DNA from: Nemertoderma westbladi
Taxonomy: Eukaryota; Animalia; Xenacoelomorpha
Length of the DNA stretch: 64,000 bases
Assembly (NCBI GenBank): GCA_032718475.1
Contig: JAUCBJ010003773.1
Span: 1 to 64,000 of the forward strand
Reading direction: 5' to 3'
The notes under the pieces are model-generated. The model did not search any database and was not told where the DNA came from. It was given only the letters and a program-made list of their open reading frames with translations. This document shows, piece after piece, positions 1 through 15,600 of this stretch. Both the position numbers and the translations under genes were made by a program. Position 1 is the first letter of the stretch, and every line of letters begins with the position of its first letter.

Positions 1-235
1 TCTTTACCCACGAGGTGCGTCGCTTTTCATTCACACTTATAAAGTGTGATATTTTCATAATATCCGTTTTTTTCTTACTTTTTCCTAATCAACTTGAATT
101 GTAGGCCCCTTATCGACCTATATTAACTATTACGTTTTTTGGATCTAACTTGCTTATTTTTTTATGATATATTCCAATATAATATCGCATACAGTTATTA
201 ATTATTCTTCAACATTGTTGCTCTCTTCACTACAG

Positions 236-482
236 CCATCGCCAGGCAACTGGGACCCGTGGGGTCAGGGGTGCGGCCAGTATCCGAAGTTCGACAGCTC
301 TACGTTTAAACCTCCGATCAGGGAGCGGACTCCGATCGTACGTGACGTCTGTAGCGGCAGGTGTCAGCTCGCCGAGCCGGTGGAGGAATCCCAGACGGTG
401 CGACTCGATGAACCAACAGCGACACGAGAATCTGTCGGTGTTTCTTCGCGAACCGCAGTATTTGCTCCGAGTCCGGCCTATG
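236..482 (+). CDS. Gene A, first exon visible in window (internal exon; CSPP1/CCDC66-motif-like protein)
   Basis: Acceptor ctctcttcactacag|CCA and donor TATG|gtacag. GC-richer than flanks. Open frame PSPGNWDPWGQGCGQYP...FAPSPAY(G), ending in phase 1, which matches the next exon. Confidence 0.75.
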
Positions 483-1602
483 GTACAGTGATTATTATAT
501 TTTATTCTAATTGTCTTATTATAATATATCATAATATTTAATAAAATGAAAAAAAATATTTTGGTCTGAACAATTTGCTCTCACGTTGCAAAATATATTT
601 TCATAATTATTTATTAATGAGTGGTGATGGGCCTTTATGTAAATAATTCACGTCTGCTTTAAGGAACGCCACATACTGTAATTTAACTTCTGCTCTCATT
701 TCGTAGGCCTATTACATATCAGTTCGGTTATATGTGATTTGACACAGTGGGTCTCGGTTATTCAATTAATGTTAGTTCCGCAGTTCTAAATACAATTATA
801 GACACTTTGGGACTCTCCAGGCCACAATTTAAACCACACGGCGTAATGCGATTTTGCCATACTTTCTTCTTGTTAGTGGGAATTTAATTAAATAAATGGC
901 TATGTTTATTCAATCACAACTCAGCCAATCCGCCATTCCAAAATGACTAATAAAAATTAATTCAATTATTTAAGCTAATTTTCAGCAAACTGAAACGGTC
1001 GGAAATACAATTGAACCCTTTTGTACAAAATACTGTATAAGGGAAAAGGGAAGATTGAAACCTAAGGTAATGTATTCTTTGGAGGTTATAACATGGGTAC
1101 CATTCCGGTAATATCATATTCCTTGGACTCACCTAGAAGGCTCCATAGTTACGCCTTGTCTGTCGCTGGTATTGTAACCTTATCTTGTGCCCGCAATAGT
1201 ACTGGTATCCTCTTCTCCAATACTATTTTAGCTAGTTAATTATTTTAGTTAGTATTAAGGGTGTCCCCAAGACAGACTGGCGCCATGGGCGGGTGTCCTC
1301 TTTTGGCTACAAGCTTCATGCTTTTTTTTGTCGAAGTCGGTGTGAAATTATGGAGGATTGCAATTGAGCGGCAATAATCGCGATAATGTAGGTTAATTAC
1401 TGATCGATAACTGTAACAGCGTACGATGCAGATGCTGTTGACAATTACATCCCCTAGTGGTGCTTGCAGATGTATATGTAATGGATTTAAACCTGTAATT
1501 ACGTTTACTTACTTCAAAAATAGCACTTAATTTTACAGGCGCAATTAATTAGATTAATTAATTATGTATCAAATAATTAAATTTCAATTTCAACCCAAAT
1601 AG

Positions 1603-1862
1603 GTGTTCCTGTACTAGTACGGGACCCCCCACCTCCAAGACCTCCACTGCCTCGACTATATGGGGCAACCAATCATAATCAACCATCTCCTCGTTCGACC
1701 AATCACAATCAACTCCATCATGAAGATATTGAGACAAAATATTACCCAATAACCAATGAATACAGCCCATATGGTAAACCAGGCGCCGGTGCACCAATCA
1801 CAGACCTCGATGGAACTATTAATACTAAAGTGTTTGGTCGCTTCAACAGAGAACAATTTAAT
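1603..1862 (+). CDS. Gene A exon (Pro-rich segment plus YSPYGKPGAGAP motif)
   Basis: Acceptor caacccaaatag|GT and donor AAT|gtgaga. Phase 1 to 0, no stops: (G)VPVLVRDPPPPRPPLPRLY...EYSPYGKPGAGAPITDLDGTINTKVFGRFNREQFN. Not in the ORF track. Confidence 0.8.
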
Positions 1863-2077
1863 GTGAGAAACAATAATAATTACATTTAACTTTATTAACA
1901 ATTAATAATTACTTGTTTCCTGTAATTCATAAACACCTTTAATGAATAACAAGTCAGTGTATAGACATGTTGGCTCAATTCATTTCATACATTCATTCAT
2001 TCATATTTCACAATTGTGCTATTAGGGATTCTGTATTATTATGTAATTTAAACTGTATAGTATTATTTTCTTCACAG

Positions 2078-2096
2078 GTTACAAAGGATTACACAG
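2078..2096 (+). CDS. Gene A 19-nt microexon (VTKDYT)
   Basis: Strong acceptor ttttcttcacag| and donor CAG|gtgagc. Converts phase 0 to phase 1, exactly as needed for the acceptor at 2729. Confidence 0.7.
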
Positions 2097-2195
2097 GTGA
2101 GCTATTCACATAAAACCCTGATTCAGTGTAATATAAATCATGTTAGTGGATATATAGTGCAATGTGATACATCGCAGATCAATACAATAGCAATG

Positions 2196-2300
2196 GAAGC
2201 ACTTTACAGTGTGATGATCCTAGTGGCTTTGTTACACGAACGAACGTTAGTGAGTGAGTGAAAATAAAGCCACGAGGATCAGAACACTGTAAAGTACTTC
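2196..2300. repeat. 35-bp inverted repeat with 35-nt spacer (MITE-like hairpin) in an intron
   Basis: gaagcactttacagtgtgatgatcctagtggcttt (2196-2230) matches the reverse complement of 2266-2300 with 4 mismatches. Confidence 0.8.
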
Positions 2301-2729
2301 GCAACAAGTTTGTATGTAGTTTTATTCCAAAATTTTAACTTTACGAAATTATTTTACATATATTATAAGTGATAGAAACTGCACAAATTAAATTAGTTGC
2401 TTTCTAAATAAATGTAAAAATACTAACGGCATTGAGTAATGTCAACGGTACAATTTTGAAATAAAATAAATGTATTTTCATTTATCATAGATTACAAAAA
2501 ACTAGTCAAATTTTTACATTTAAATGTTATGGTGGATTAAATTTTCAAATGTTGGAAGTATATTTCCAATATACTTCATACCTTTGCGATGAATAATTAT
2601 TGACAGTTGATATAAATAATTCAATAGAATGATATTGAAAAAAAATTGTTTGAAAATAAAAGTTATTGCAGTAGTTTAGAGTCAAAGTTACTACCAATAA
2701 TACAGTAATAATTATTGCACACTTTCCAG

Positions 2730-2932
2730 ATCAGGATGTGATAGAAGAAGCGGAGGTAAGACCGGTGATGGAAACCAATGGAATTAATTATGTTACGACC
2801 GAGAAAGTCATAACGAAAGAAAATGCCGAATGCAGTGTCGACTGGATTCGGGGTAAGCTGGACACGAAACGATCAAAAAAGATCAACAACCGTCGACCTG
2901 AACGAAAGATATATTCAGATATAACTAGATGG
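2730..2932 (+). CDS. Gene A exon
   Basis: Acceptor actttccag|AT and donor TGG|gtatgt. Reads (D)QDVIEEAEVRPVMETNG...KIYSDITRW and overlaps ORF 2738..2944. Confidence 0.8.
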
Positions 2933-3107
2933 GTATGTTTGTAGTCATAAAGCGTTGCTATGAATATTACAAGTTTGGCAAATAATATCACTTTAATCCT
3001 CTGAATTGTTCAATTACAACGATTTCGGTACCACCACCATGCTACTTGTAGCGTAGTGGGTGCTATACCAAATATCTATTTACGGATTTCAAAGAAAATC
3101 ACGCCAT

Positions 3108-3124
3108 GGGGGGGGGGGGGGGGG
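3108..3124 (+). repeat. G17 homopolymer
   Basis: Run of 17 G in an AT-rich intron. Confidence 0.9.
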
Positions 3125-3303
3125 AAGAAATGGTAGAAAGAGTTATATAGGATAATGGTTCTTACCATATTCATTGGGAGAGTTAGAGCATCAAATCATT
3201 AAAAGATTGCCTTATTCCAATTTCATTTGGATGAAATAAAACTTATGTTCAACTTTGGAACACATAACCAAAGGTGACTAACTAGTAAATAAATTGATTT
3301 CAG

Positions 3304-3429
3304 AGAACAGGTGTGCACGAATGCGATGTTCAGACAAAGGTGCACTACGATGAGAATATTAAACTGGCGGAAGCAAGGGTGGTATCTAAGCAACTCCGTC
3401 GGGAGATGAGTATGGAAATGACAAAACAG
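3304..3429 (+). CDS. Gene A exon immediately before the giant intron
   Basis: Acceptor ttgatttcag|AGA and donor CAG|gtacgt. 126 nt, phase 0-0: RTGVHECDVQTKVHYDENIKLAEARVVSKQLRREMSMEMTKQ. Confidence 0.8.
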
Positions 3430-3640
3430 GTACGTTAATTAGAAATAATCCAATTATATGTTAAATATGGTACTTGGTAATGTTTCTTTGAATAAAACAA
3501 TGGAATAAAAAATAAAACAATGGAATCAAATAATAAAACAATAGTGGTGTGGTACAGATTTTTATTACGTGTACAAACTATTAATAGGTGTTTTTATAAT
3601 GTGTGAATCTATCTGTTGGCCTACTATTTACTTTCTGTAT

Positions 3641-6600
3641 CTATTTGTGTGCTATTATTACTTGCTTCCCACACATAGATACTGTTACTATTTGTGTGCT
3701 ACTATTACTTGCTTCCCACACATAGATACTGTTACTATTTGTGTGCTACTATTACTTGCTTCCCACACATAGATACTGTTACTATTTGTGTGCTACTATT
3801 ACTTGCTTCCCACACATAGATACTGTTACTATTTGTGTGCTACTATTATTTGCTTCCCACACATAGATACTGTTACTATTTGTGTGCTACGTTTATTTGC
3901 TTCCCACACATAGATACTGTTACTATTTGTGTGCTACGTTTATTTGCTTCCCACACATAGATACTGTTACTATTTGTGTGCTACTATTACTTGCTTCCCA
4001 CACATAGATACTGTTACTATTTGTGTGCTACTATTACTTGCTTCCCACACATAGATACTGTTACTATTTGTGTGCTACTATTACTTGCTTCCCACACATA
4101 GATACTGTTACTATTTGTGTGCTACTATTATTTGCTTCCCACACATAGATACTGTTACTATTTGTGTGCTACTATTACTTGCTTCCCACACATAGATACT
4201 GTTACTATTTGTGTGCTACTATTACTTGCTTCCCACACATAGATACTGTTACTATTTGTGTGCTACTATTACTTGCTTCCCACACATAGATACTGTTACT
4301 ATTTGTGTGCTACTATTATTTGCTTCCCACACATAGATACTGTTACTATTTGTGTGCTACGTTTATTTGCTTCCCACACATAGATACTGTTACTATTTGT
4401 GTGCTACTATTACTTGCTTCCCACTCATAGATACTGTTACTATTTGTGTGCTACTATTACTTGCTTCCCACACATAGATACTGTTACTATTAGTGTGCTA
4501 CGTTTATTTGCTTCCCACACATAGATACTGTTACTATTTGTGTGCTACTATTACTTGCTTCCCACACATAGATACTGTTACTATTTGTGTGCTACGTTTA
4601 TTTGCTTCCCACACATAGATACTGTTACTATTTGTGTGCTACTATTACTTGCTTCCCACTCATAGATACTGTTACTATTTGTGTGCTACTATTACTTGCT
4701 TCCCACACATAGATACTGTTACTATTAGTGTGCTACGTTTATTTGCTTCCCACACATAGATACTGTTACTATTTGTGTGCTACTATTACTTGCTTCCCAC
4801 ACATAGATACTGTTACTATTAGTGTGCTACGTTTATTTGCTTCCCACACATAGATACTGTTACTATTTGTGTGCTACTATTACTTGCTTCCCACACATAG
4901 ATACTGTTACTATTTGTGTGCTACTATTACTTGCTTCCCACACATAGATACTGTTACTATTTGTGTGCTACGTTTATTTGCTTCCCACACATAGATACTG
5001 TTACTATTAGTGTGCTACGTTTATTTGCTTCCCACACATAGATACTGTTACTATTTGTGTGCTACTATTACTTCCTTCCCACACATAGATACTGTTACTA
5101 TTTGTGTGCTACGTTTATTTGCTTCCCACACATAGATACTGTTACTATTTGTGTGCTACTATTACTTGCTTCCCACACATAGATACTGTTACTATTTGTG
5201 TGCTACTATTACTTGCTTCCCACACATAGATACTGTTACTATTTGTGTGCTACTATTACTTGCTTCCCACACATAGATACTGTTACTATTTGTGTGCTAC
5301 TATTACTTGCTTCCCACACATAGATACTGTTACTATTTGTGTGCTACGTTTATTTGCTCCCCACACATAGATACTGTTACTATTTGTGTGCTACTATTAC
5401 TTGCTTCCCACACATAGATACTGTTACTATTTGTGTGCTACTATTACTTGCTTCCCACACATAGATACTGTTACTATTTGTGTGCTACTATTACTTGCTT
5501 CCCACACATAGATACTGTTACTATTTGTGTGCTACTATTACTTGCTTCCCACACATAGATACTGTTACTATTTGTGTGCTACGTTTATTTGCTCCCCACA
5601 CATAGATACTGTTACTATTTGTGTGCTACTATTACTTGCTTCCCACACATAGATACTGTTACTATTTGTGTGCTACTATTACTTGCTTCCCACACATAGA
5701 TACTGTTACTATTTGTGTGCTACTATTACTTGCTTCCCACACATAGATACTGTTACTATTTGTGTACTACTATTACTTGCTTCCCACACATAGATACTGT
5801 TACTATTTGTGTGCTACGTTTATTTGCTCCCCACACATAGATACTGTTACTATTTGTGTGCTACTATTACTTGCTTCCCACACATAGATACTGTTACTAT
5901 TTGTGTGCTACTATTACTTGCTTCCCACACATAGATACTGTTACTATTTGTGTGCTACTATTACTTGCTTCCCACACATAGATACTGTTACTATTTGTGT
6001 ACTACTATTACTTGCTTCCCACACATAGATACTGTTACTATTTGTGTGCTACGTTTATTTGCTTCCCACTCATAGATACTGTTACTATTTGTGTACTACT
6101 ATTACTTGCTTCCCACACATAGATACTGTTACTATTTGTGTGCTACTATTACTTGCTTCCCACACATAGATACTGTTACTATTTGTGTACTACTATTACT
6201 TGCTTCCCACACATAGATACTGTTACTATTTGTGTACTACTATTACTTGCTTCCCACACATAGATACTGTTACTATTTGTGTGCTACTATTACTTGCTTC
6301 CTCCAACACATAGATACTGTTACTATTTGTGTACTACTATTACTTGCTTCCCACACATAGATACTGTTACTATTTGTGTGCTACTATTACTTGCTTCCCA
6401 CACATAGATACTGTTACTATTTGTGTACTACTATTACTTGCTTCCCACACATAGATACTGTTACTATTTGTGTGCTACGTTTATTTGCTTCCCACTCATA
6501 GATACTGTTACTATTTGTGTACTACTATTACTTGCTTCCCACACATAGATACTGTTACTATTTGTGTGCTACTATTACTTGCTTCCCACACATAGATACT

Positions 6601-9600
6601 GTTACTATTTGTGTACTACTATTACTTGCTTCCCACACATAGATACTGTTACTATTTGTGTACTACTATTACTTGCTTCCCACACATAGATACTGTTACT
6701 ATTTGTGTGCTACGTTTATTTGCTTCGCACACATAGATACTGTTACTATTTGTGTGCTACATTTATTTGCTTCCCACACATAGATACTGTTACTATTTGT
6801 GTGCTACGTTTATTTGCTCCCCACACATAGATACTGTTACTATTTGTGTACTACTATTACTTGCTTCCCACACATAGATACTGTTACTATTTGTGTACTA
6901 CTATTACTTGCTTCCCACACATAGATACTGTTACTATTTGTGTGCTACTATTACTTGCTTCCCACACATAGATACTGTTACTATTTGTGTGCTACGTTTA
7001 TTTGCTTCCCACTCATAGATACTGTTACTATTTGTGTACTACTATTACTTGCTTCCCACACATAGATACTGTTACTATTTGTGTGCTACTATTACTTGCT
7101 TCCCACACATAGATACTGTTACTATTTGTGTGCTACTATTACTTGCTTCCCACACATAGATACTGTTACTATTTGTGTGCTACTATTACTTGCTTCCCAC
7201 ACATAGATACTGTTACTATTTGTGTGCTACGTTTATTTGCTCCCCACACATAGATACTGTTACTATTTGTGTGCTACTATTACTTGCTTCCCACACATAG
7301 ATACTGTTACTATTTGTGTGCTACTATTACTTGCTTCCCACACATAGATACTGTTACTATTTGTGTGCTACTATTACTTGCTTCCCACACATAGATACTG
7401 TTACTATTTGTGTGCTACGTTTATTTGCTTCCCACTCATAGATACTGTTACTATTTGTGTGCTACTATTACTTGCTTCCCACACATAGATACTGTTACTA
7501 TTTGTGTGCTACTATTACTTGCTTCCCACACATAGATACTGTTACTATTTGTGTGTTACTATTACTTGCTTCCCACACATAGATACTGTTACTATTTGTG
7601 TGCTACTATTACTTGCTTCCCACACATAGATACTGTTACTATTTGTGTGCTACGTTTATTTGCTTCCCACTCATAGATACTGTTACTATTTGTGTACTAC
7701 TATTACTTGCTTCCCACACATAGATACTGTTACTATTTGTGTGCTACGTTTATTTGCTCCCCACACATAGATACTGTTACTATTTGTGTGCTACTATTAC
7801 TTGCTTCCCACACATAGATACTGTTACTATTTGTGTGCTACGTTTATTTGCTTCCCACTCATAGATACTGTTACTATTTGTGTGCTACTATTACTTGCTT
7901 CCCACACATAGATACTGTTACTATTTGTGTGCTACGTTTATTTGCTTCCCACACATAGATACTGTTACTATTTGTGTGCTATTATTACTTGCTTCCCACA
8001 CATAGATACTGTTACTATTTGTGTGCTACTATTACTTGCTTCCCACACATAGATACTGGTACTATTTGTGTGCTTCTATTACTTGCTTCCCACACATAGA
8101 TACTGTTACTATTTGTGTGCTACTATTACTTGCTTCCCACACATAGATACTGGTACTATTTGTGTGCTACTATTACTTGCTTCCCACACATAGATACTGT
8201 TACTATTTGTGTGCTACTATTACTTGCTTCCCACACATAGATACTGTTACTATTTGTGTGCTACGTTTATTTGCTTCCCACACATAGATACTGTTACTAT
8301 TTGTGTGCTACGTTTATTTGCTTCCCACACATAGATACTGTTACTATTTGTGTGCTACTATTACTTGCTTCCCACACATAGATACTGTTACTATTTGTGT
8401 GCTACGTTTATTTGCTTCCCACACATAGATACTGTTACTATTTGTGTGCTACGTTTATTTGCTCTGGCTTCCCACACATAGATACTGTTACTATTTGTGT
8501 GCTACTATTACTTGCTTCGCACACATAGATACTGTTACTATTTGTGTGCTACTATTACTTGCTTCCCACACATAGATACTGTTACTATTTGTGTGCTACG
8601 TTTATTTGCTTCCCACACATAGATACTGTTACTATTTGTGTGCTACGTTTATTTGCTCTGGCTTCCCACACATAGATACTGTTACTATTTGTGTGCTACT
8701 ATTACTTGCTTCCTCCAACACATAGATACTGTTACTATTTGTGTGCTACTATTACTTGCTTCCTCCAACACATAGATACTGTTACTATTTGTGTGCTACT
8801 ATTACTTGCTTCCCACACATAGATACTGTTACTATTTGTGTGCTACTATTACTTGCTTCCTCCAACACATAGATACTGTTACTATTTGTGTGCTACTATT
8901 ACTTGCTTCCCACACATAGATACTGTTACTATTTGTGTGCTACGTTTATTTGCTTCCCACACATAGATACTGTTACTATTTGTGTGCTACTATTACTTGC
9001 TTCCTCCAACACATAGATACTGTTACTATTTGTGTGCTACTATTACTTGCTTCCCACACATAGATACTGTTACTATTTGTGTGCTACGTTTATTTGCTTC
9101 CCACACATAGATACTGTTACTATTTGTGTGCTACATTTATTTGCTTCCCACACATAGATACTGTTACTATTTGTGTGCTACTATTACTTGCTTCCTCCAA
9201 CACATAGATACTGTTACTATTTGTGTGCTACTATTACTTGCTTCCCACACATAGATACTGTTACTATTTGTGTGCTACTATTACTTGCTTCCTCCAACAC
9301 ATAGATACTGTTACTATTTGTGTGCTACTATTACTTGCTTCCTCCAACACATAGATACTGTTACTATTTGTGTGCTACTATTACTTGCTTCCTCCAACAC
9401 ATAGATACTGTTACTATTTGTGTGCTACTATTACTTGCTTCCTCCAACACATAGATACTGTTACTATTTGTGTGCTACGTTTATTTGCTTCCCACACATA
9501 GATACTGTTACTATTTGTGTGCTACTATTACTTGCTTCCTCCAACACATAGATACTGTTACTATTTGTGTGCTACTATTACTTGCTTCCTCCAACACATA

Positions 9601-12600
9601 GATACTGTTACTATTTGTGTGCTACTATTACTTGCTTCCTCCAACACATAGATACTGTTACTATTTGTGTGCTACTATTACTTGCTTCCCACACATAGAT
9701 ACTGTTACTATTTGTGTGCTACTATTACTTGCTTCCTCCAACACATAGATACTGTTACTATTTGTGTGCTACTATTACTTGCTTCCCACACATAGATACT
9801 GTTACTATTTGTGTGCTACGTTTATTTGCTTCCCACACATAGATACTGTTACTATTTGTGTGCTACGTTTATTTGCTTCCCACACATAGATACTGTTACT
9901 ATTTGTGTGCTACTATTACTTGCTTCCCACACATAGATACTGTTACTATTTGTGTGCTACTATTACTTGCTTCCCACACATAGATACTGTTACTATTTGT
10001 GTGCTACGTTTATTTGCTTCCCACACATAGATACTGTTACTATTTGTGTGCTACGTTTATTTGCTCTGGCTTCCCACACATAGATACTGTTACTATTTGT
10101 GTGCTACTATTACTTGCTTCCCACACATAGATACTGTTACTATTTGTGTGCTACTATTACTTGCTTCCTCCAACACATAGATACTGTTACTATTTGTGTG
10201 CTACTATTACTTGCTTCCTCCAACACATAGATACTGTTACTATTTGTGTGCTACTATTACTTGCTTCCCACACATAGATACTGTTACTATTTGTGTGCTA
10301 CTATTACTTGCTTCCTCCAACACATAGATACTGTTACTATTTGTGTGCTACTATTACTTGCTTCCCACACATAGATACTGTTACTATTTGTGTGCTACGT
10401 TTATTTGCTTCCCACACATAGATACTGTTACTATTTGTGTGCTACATTTATTTGCTTCCCACACATAGATACTGGTACTATTTGTGTGCTACTATTACTT
10501 GCTTCCCACACATAGATACTGTTACTATTTGTGTGCTACTATTACTTGCTTCCCACACATAGATACTGTTACTATTTGTGTGCTACTATTACTTGCTTCC
10601 CACACATAGATACTGTTACTATTTGTGTGCTACTATTACTTGCTTCCCACACATAGATACTGGTACTATTTGTGTGCTACTATTACTTGCTTCCCACACA
10701 TAGATACTGTTACTATTTGTGTGCTACTATTATTTGCTTCCCACACATAGATACTGTTACTATTTGTGTGCTACTATTACTTGCTTCCCACACATAGATA
10801 CTGGTACTATTTGTGTGCTACTATTACTTGCTTCCCACACATAGATACTGTTACTATTTGTGTGCTACGTTTATTTGCTTCCCACACATAGATACTGTTA
10901 CTATTTGTGTACTTATTACTTGCTTCCTCCAACACATAGATACTGTTACTATTTGTGTGCTACTATTACTTGCTTCCCACACATAGATACTGTTACTATT
11001 TGTGTGCTACTATTACTTGCTTCCCACACATAGATACTGTTACTATTTGTGTGCTACGTTTATTTGCTCTGGCTTCCCACACATAGATACTGTTACTATT
11101 TGTGTGCTACGTTTATTTGCTTCCCACACATAGATACTGTTACTATTTGTGTGCTACTATTACTTGCTTCCCACACATAGATACTGTTACTATTTGTGTG
11201 CTACGTTTATTTGCTTCCCACACATAGATACTGTTACTATTTGTGTACTTATTACTTGCTTCCTCCAACACATAGATACTGTTACTATTTGTGTGCTACT
11301 ATTACTTGCTTCCCACACATAGATACTGTTACTATTTGTGTGCTACGTTTATTTGCTTCCCACACATAGATACTGTTACTATTTGTGTGCTACTATTACT
11401 TGCTTCCCACACATAGATACTGTTACTATTTGTGTGCTACTATTACTTGCTTCCCACACATAGATACTGTTACTATTTGTGTGCTACGTTTATTTGCTTC
11501 GCACACATAGATACTGTTACTATTTGTGTGCTACGTTTATTTGCTTCCCACACATAGATACTGTTACTATTTGTGTGCTACTATTACTTGCTTCCCACAC
11601 ATAGATACTGTTACTATTTGTGTGCTACGTTTATTTGCTCCCCACACATAGATACTGTTACTATTTGTGTGCTACTATTATTTGCTTCCCACACATAGAT
11701 ACTGTTACTATTTGTGTGCTACTATTACTTGCTTCCCACACATAGATACTGTTACTATTTGTGTGCTACTATTACTTGCTTCCCACACATAGATACTGTT
11801 ACTATTTGTGAGCTACGTTTATTTGCTTCGCACACATAGATACTGTTACTATTTGTGTGCTACTATTACTTGCTTCCCACACATAGATACTGTTACTATT
11901 TGTGTGCTACGTTTATTTGCTTCGCACACATAGATACTGTTACTATTTGTGTGCTACTATTACTTGCTTCCCACACATAGATACTGTTACTATTTGTGTG
12001 CTACTATTACTTGCTTCCCACACATAGATACTGTTACTATTTGTGTGCTACGTTTATTTGCTTCGCACACATAGATACTGTTACTATTTGTGTGCTACTA
12101 TTACTTGCTTCCCACACATAGATACTGTTACTATTTGTGTGCTACTATTACTTGCTTCCCACACATAGATACTGTTACTATTTGTGTACTACTATTACTT
12201 GCTTCCCACACATAGATACTGTTACTATTTGTGTGCTACTATTATTTGCTTCCCACTCATAGATACTGTTACTATTTGTGTGCTACGTTTATTTGCTTCC
12301 CACACATAGATACTGTTACTATTTGTGAGCTACGTTTATTTGCTTCCCACACATAGATACTGTTACTATTTGTGTGCTACTATTACTTGCTTCCCACACA
12401 TAGATACTGTTACTATTTGTGTGCTACTATTACTTGCTTCCCACACATAGATACTGTTACTATTTGTGTGCTACTATTACTTGCTTCCCACACATAGATA
12501 CTGTTACTATTTGTGTGCTACGTTTATTTGCTTCGCACACATAGATACTGTTACTATTTGTGTGCTACTATTACTTGCTTCCCACACATAGATACTGTTA

Positions 12601-15600
12601 CTATTTGTGTGCTACTATTACTTGCTTCCCACACATAGATACTGTTACTATTTGTGTGCTACTATTACTTGCTTCCCACACATAGATACTGTTACTATTT
12701 GTGTGCTACTATTACTTGCTTCCCACACATAGATACTGTTACTATTTGTGTACTACTATTACTTGCTTCCCACACATAGATACTGTTACTATTTGTGTAC
12801 TACTATTACTTGCTTCCCACACATAGATACTGTTACTATTTGTGTGCTACGTTTATTTGCTTCCCACACATAGATACTGTTACTATTTGTGTGCTACTAT
12901 TACTTGCTTCCCACACATAGATACTGTTACTATTTGTGTACTACTATTACTTGCTTCCCACACATAGATACTGTTACTATTTGTGTGCTACGTTTATTTG
13001 CTTCCCACACATAGATACTGTTACTATTTGTGTGCTACTATTACTTGCTTCCCACACATAGATACTGTTACTATTTGTGTACTACTATTACTTGCTTCCC
13101 ACACATAGATACTGTTACTATTTGTGTGCTACGTTTATTTGCTTCCCACACATAGATACTGTTACTATTTGTGTGCTACTATTACTTGCTTCCCACACAT
13201 AGATACTGTTACTATTTGTGAGCTACGTTTATTTGCTTCCCACACATAGATACTGTTACTATTTGTGTGCTACTATTACTTGCTTCCCACACATAGATAC
13301 TGTTACTATTTGTGTGCTACGTTTATTTGCTTCCCACACATAGATACTGTTACTATTTGTGTACTACTATTACTTGCTTCCCACACATAGATACTGTTAC
13401 TATTTGTGTGCTACGTTTATTTGCTTCCCACACATAGATACTGTTACTATTTGTGTGCTACTATTACTTGCTTCCCACACATAGATACTGTTACTATTTG
13501 TGTGCTACTATTACTTGCTTCCCACACATAGATACTGTTACTATTTGTGTGCTACTATTACTTGCTTCCCACACATAGATACTGTTACTATTTGTGTGCT
13601 ACTATTACTTGCTTCCCACACATAGATACTGTTACTATTTGTGTGCTACTATTACTTGCTTCCCACACATAGATACTGTTACTATTTGTGTACTACTATT
13701 ACTTGCTTCCCACACATAGATACTGTTACTATTTGTGTGCTACGTTTATTTGCTTCCCACACATAGATACTGTTACTATTTGTGAGCTACGTTTATTTGC
13801 TTCGCACACATAGATACTGTTACTATTTGTGTGCTACGTTTATTTGCTTCCCACACATAGATACTGTTACTATTTGTGTGCTACGTTTATTTGCTTCCCA
13901 CACATAGATACTGTTACTATTTGTGAGCTACGTTTATTTGCTTCCCACACATAGATACTGTTACTATTTGTGAGCTACGTTTATTTGCTTCCCACACATA
14001 GATACTGTTACTATTTGTGTGCTACTATTACTTGCTTCCCACACCTAGATACTGTTACTATTTGTGTGCTACTATTACTTGCTTCCCACACATAGATACT
14101 GTTACTATTTGTGTGCTACGTTTATTTGCTTCGCACACATAGATACTGTTACTATTTGTGAGCTACTATTACTTGCTTCCCACACATAGATACTGTTACT
14201 ATTTGTGTGCTACGTTTATTTGCTTCCCACACATAGATACTGTTACTATTTGTGTGCTACTATTACTTGCTTCCCACACATAGATACTGTTACTATTTGT
14301 GTGCTACGTTTATTTGCTTCCCACACATAGATACTGTTACTATTTGTGTGCTACTATTACTTGCTTCCCACACATAGATACTGTTACTATTTGTGTGCTA
14401 CTATTACTTGCTTCCCACACATAGATACTGTTACTATTTGTGTGCTACTATTACTTGCTTCCCACACATAGATACTGTTACTATTTGTGTGCTACGTTTA
14501 TTTGCTTCCCACACATAGATACTGTTACTATTTGTGTGCTACGTTTATTTGCTTCGCACACATAGATACTGTTACTATTTGTGTGCTACGTTTATTTGCT
14601 TCCCACACATAGATACTGTTACTATTTGTGTGCTACGTTTATTTGCTTCCCACACATAGATACTGTTACTATTTGTGTGCTACTATTACTTGCTTCCCAC
14701 ACATAGATACTGTTACTATTTGTGTGCTACTATTACTTGCTTCCCACACATAGATACTGTTACTATTTGTGTGCTACGTTTATTTGCTTCCCACACATAG
14801 ATACTGTTACTATTTGTGTGCTACGTTTATTTGCTTCGCACACATAGATACTGTTACTATTTGTGTGCTACTATTACTTGCTTCCCACACATAGATACTG
14901 TTACTATTTGTGTGCTACTATTACTTGCTTCCCACACATAGATACTGTTACTATTTGTGTGCTACGTTTATTTGCTTCCCACACATAGATACTGTTACTA
15001 TTTGTGTGCTACGTTTATTTGCTTCCCACACATAGATACTGTTACTATTTGTGTGCTACTATTACTTGCTTCCCACACATAGATACTGTTACTATTTGTG
15101 TGCTACTATTACTTGCTTCCCACACATAGATACTGTTACTATTTGTGTGCTACGTTTATTTGCTTCCCACACATAGATACTGTTACTATTTGTGTGCTAC
15201 GTTTATTTGCTTCGCACACATAGATACTGTTACTATTTGTGTGCTACTATTACTTGCTTCCCACACATAGATACTGTTACTATTTGTGAGCTACGTTTAT
15301 TTGCTTCGCACACATAGATACTGTTACTATTTGTGTGCTACTATTACTTGCTTCCCACACATAGATACTGTTACTATTTGTGTGCTACGTTTATTTGCTT
15401 CGCACACATAGATACTGTTACTATTTGTGTGCTACGTTTATTTGCTTCCCACACATAGATACTGTTACTATTTGTGTGCTACGTTTATTTGCTTCCCACA
15501 CATAGATACTGTTACTATTTGTGTGCTACGTTTATTTGCTTCGCACACATAGATACTGTTACTATTTGTGTGCTACTATTACTTGCTTCCCACACATAGA

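Noticed and set aside
237-482. Alternative open frame in the first exon (HRQATGTRG...RVRPM)
   Set aside because: It would end in phase 0, which does not fit the phase-1 start of exon 1603-1862, and it lacks the PWG motif.
230-2991. Minus-strand ORFs 230..532, 1558..1797, 1656..1901 and 2788..2991
   Set aside because: They are antisense shadows of the + strand exons, which have consistent splice sites and phases.
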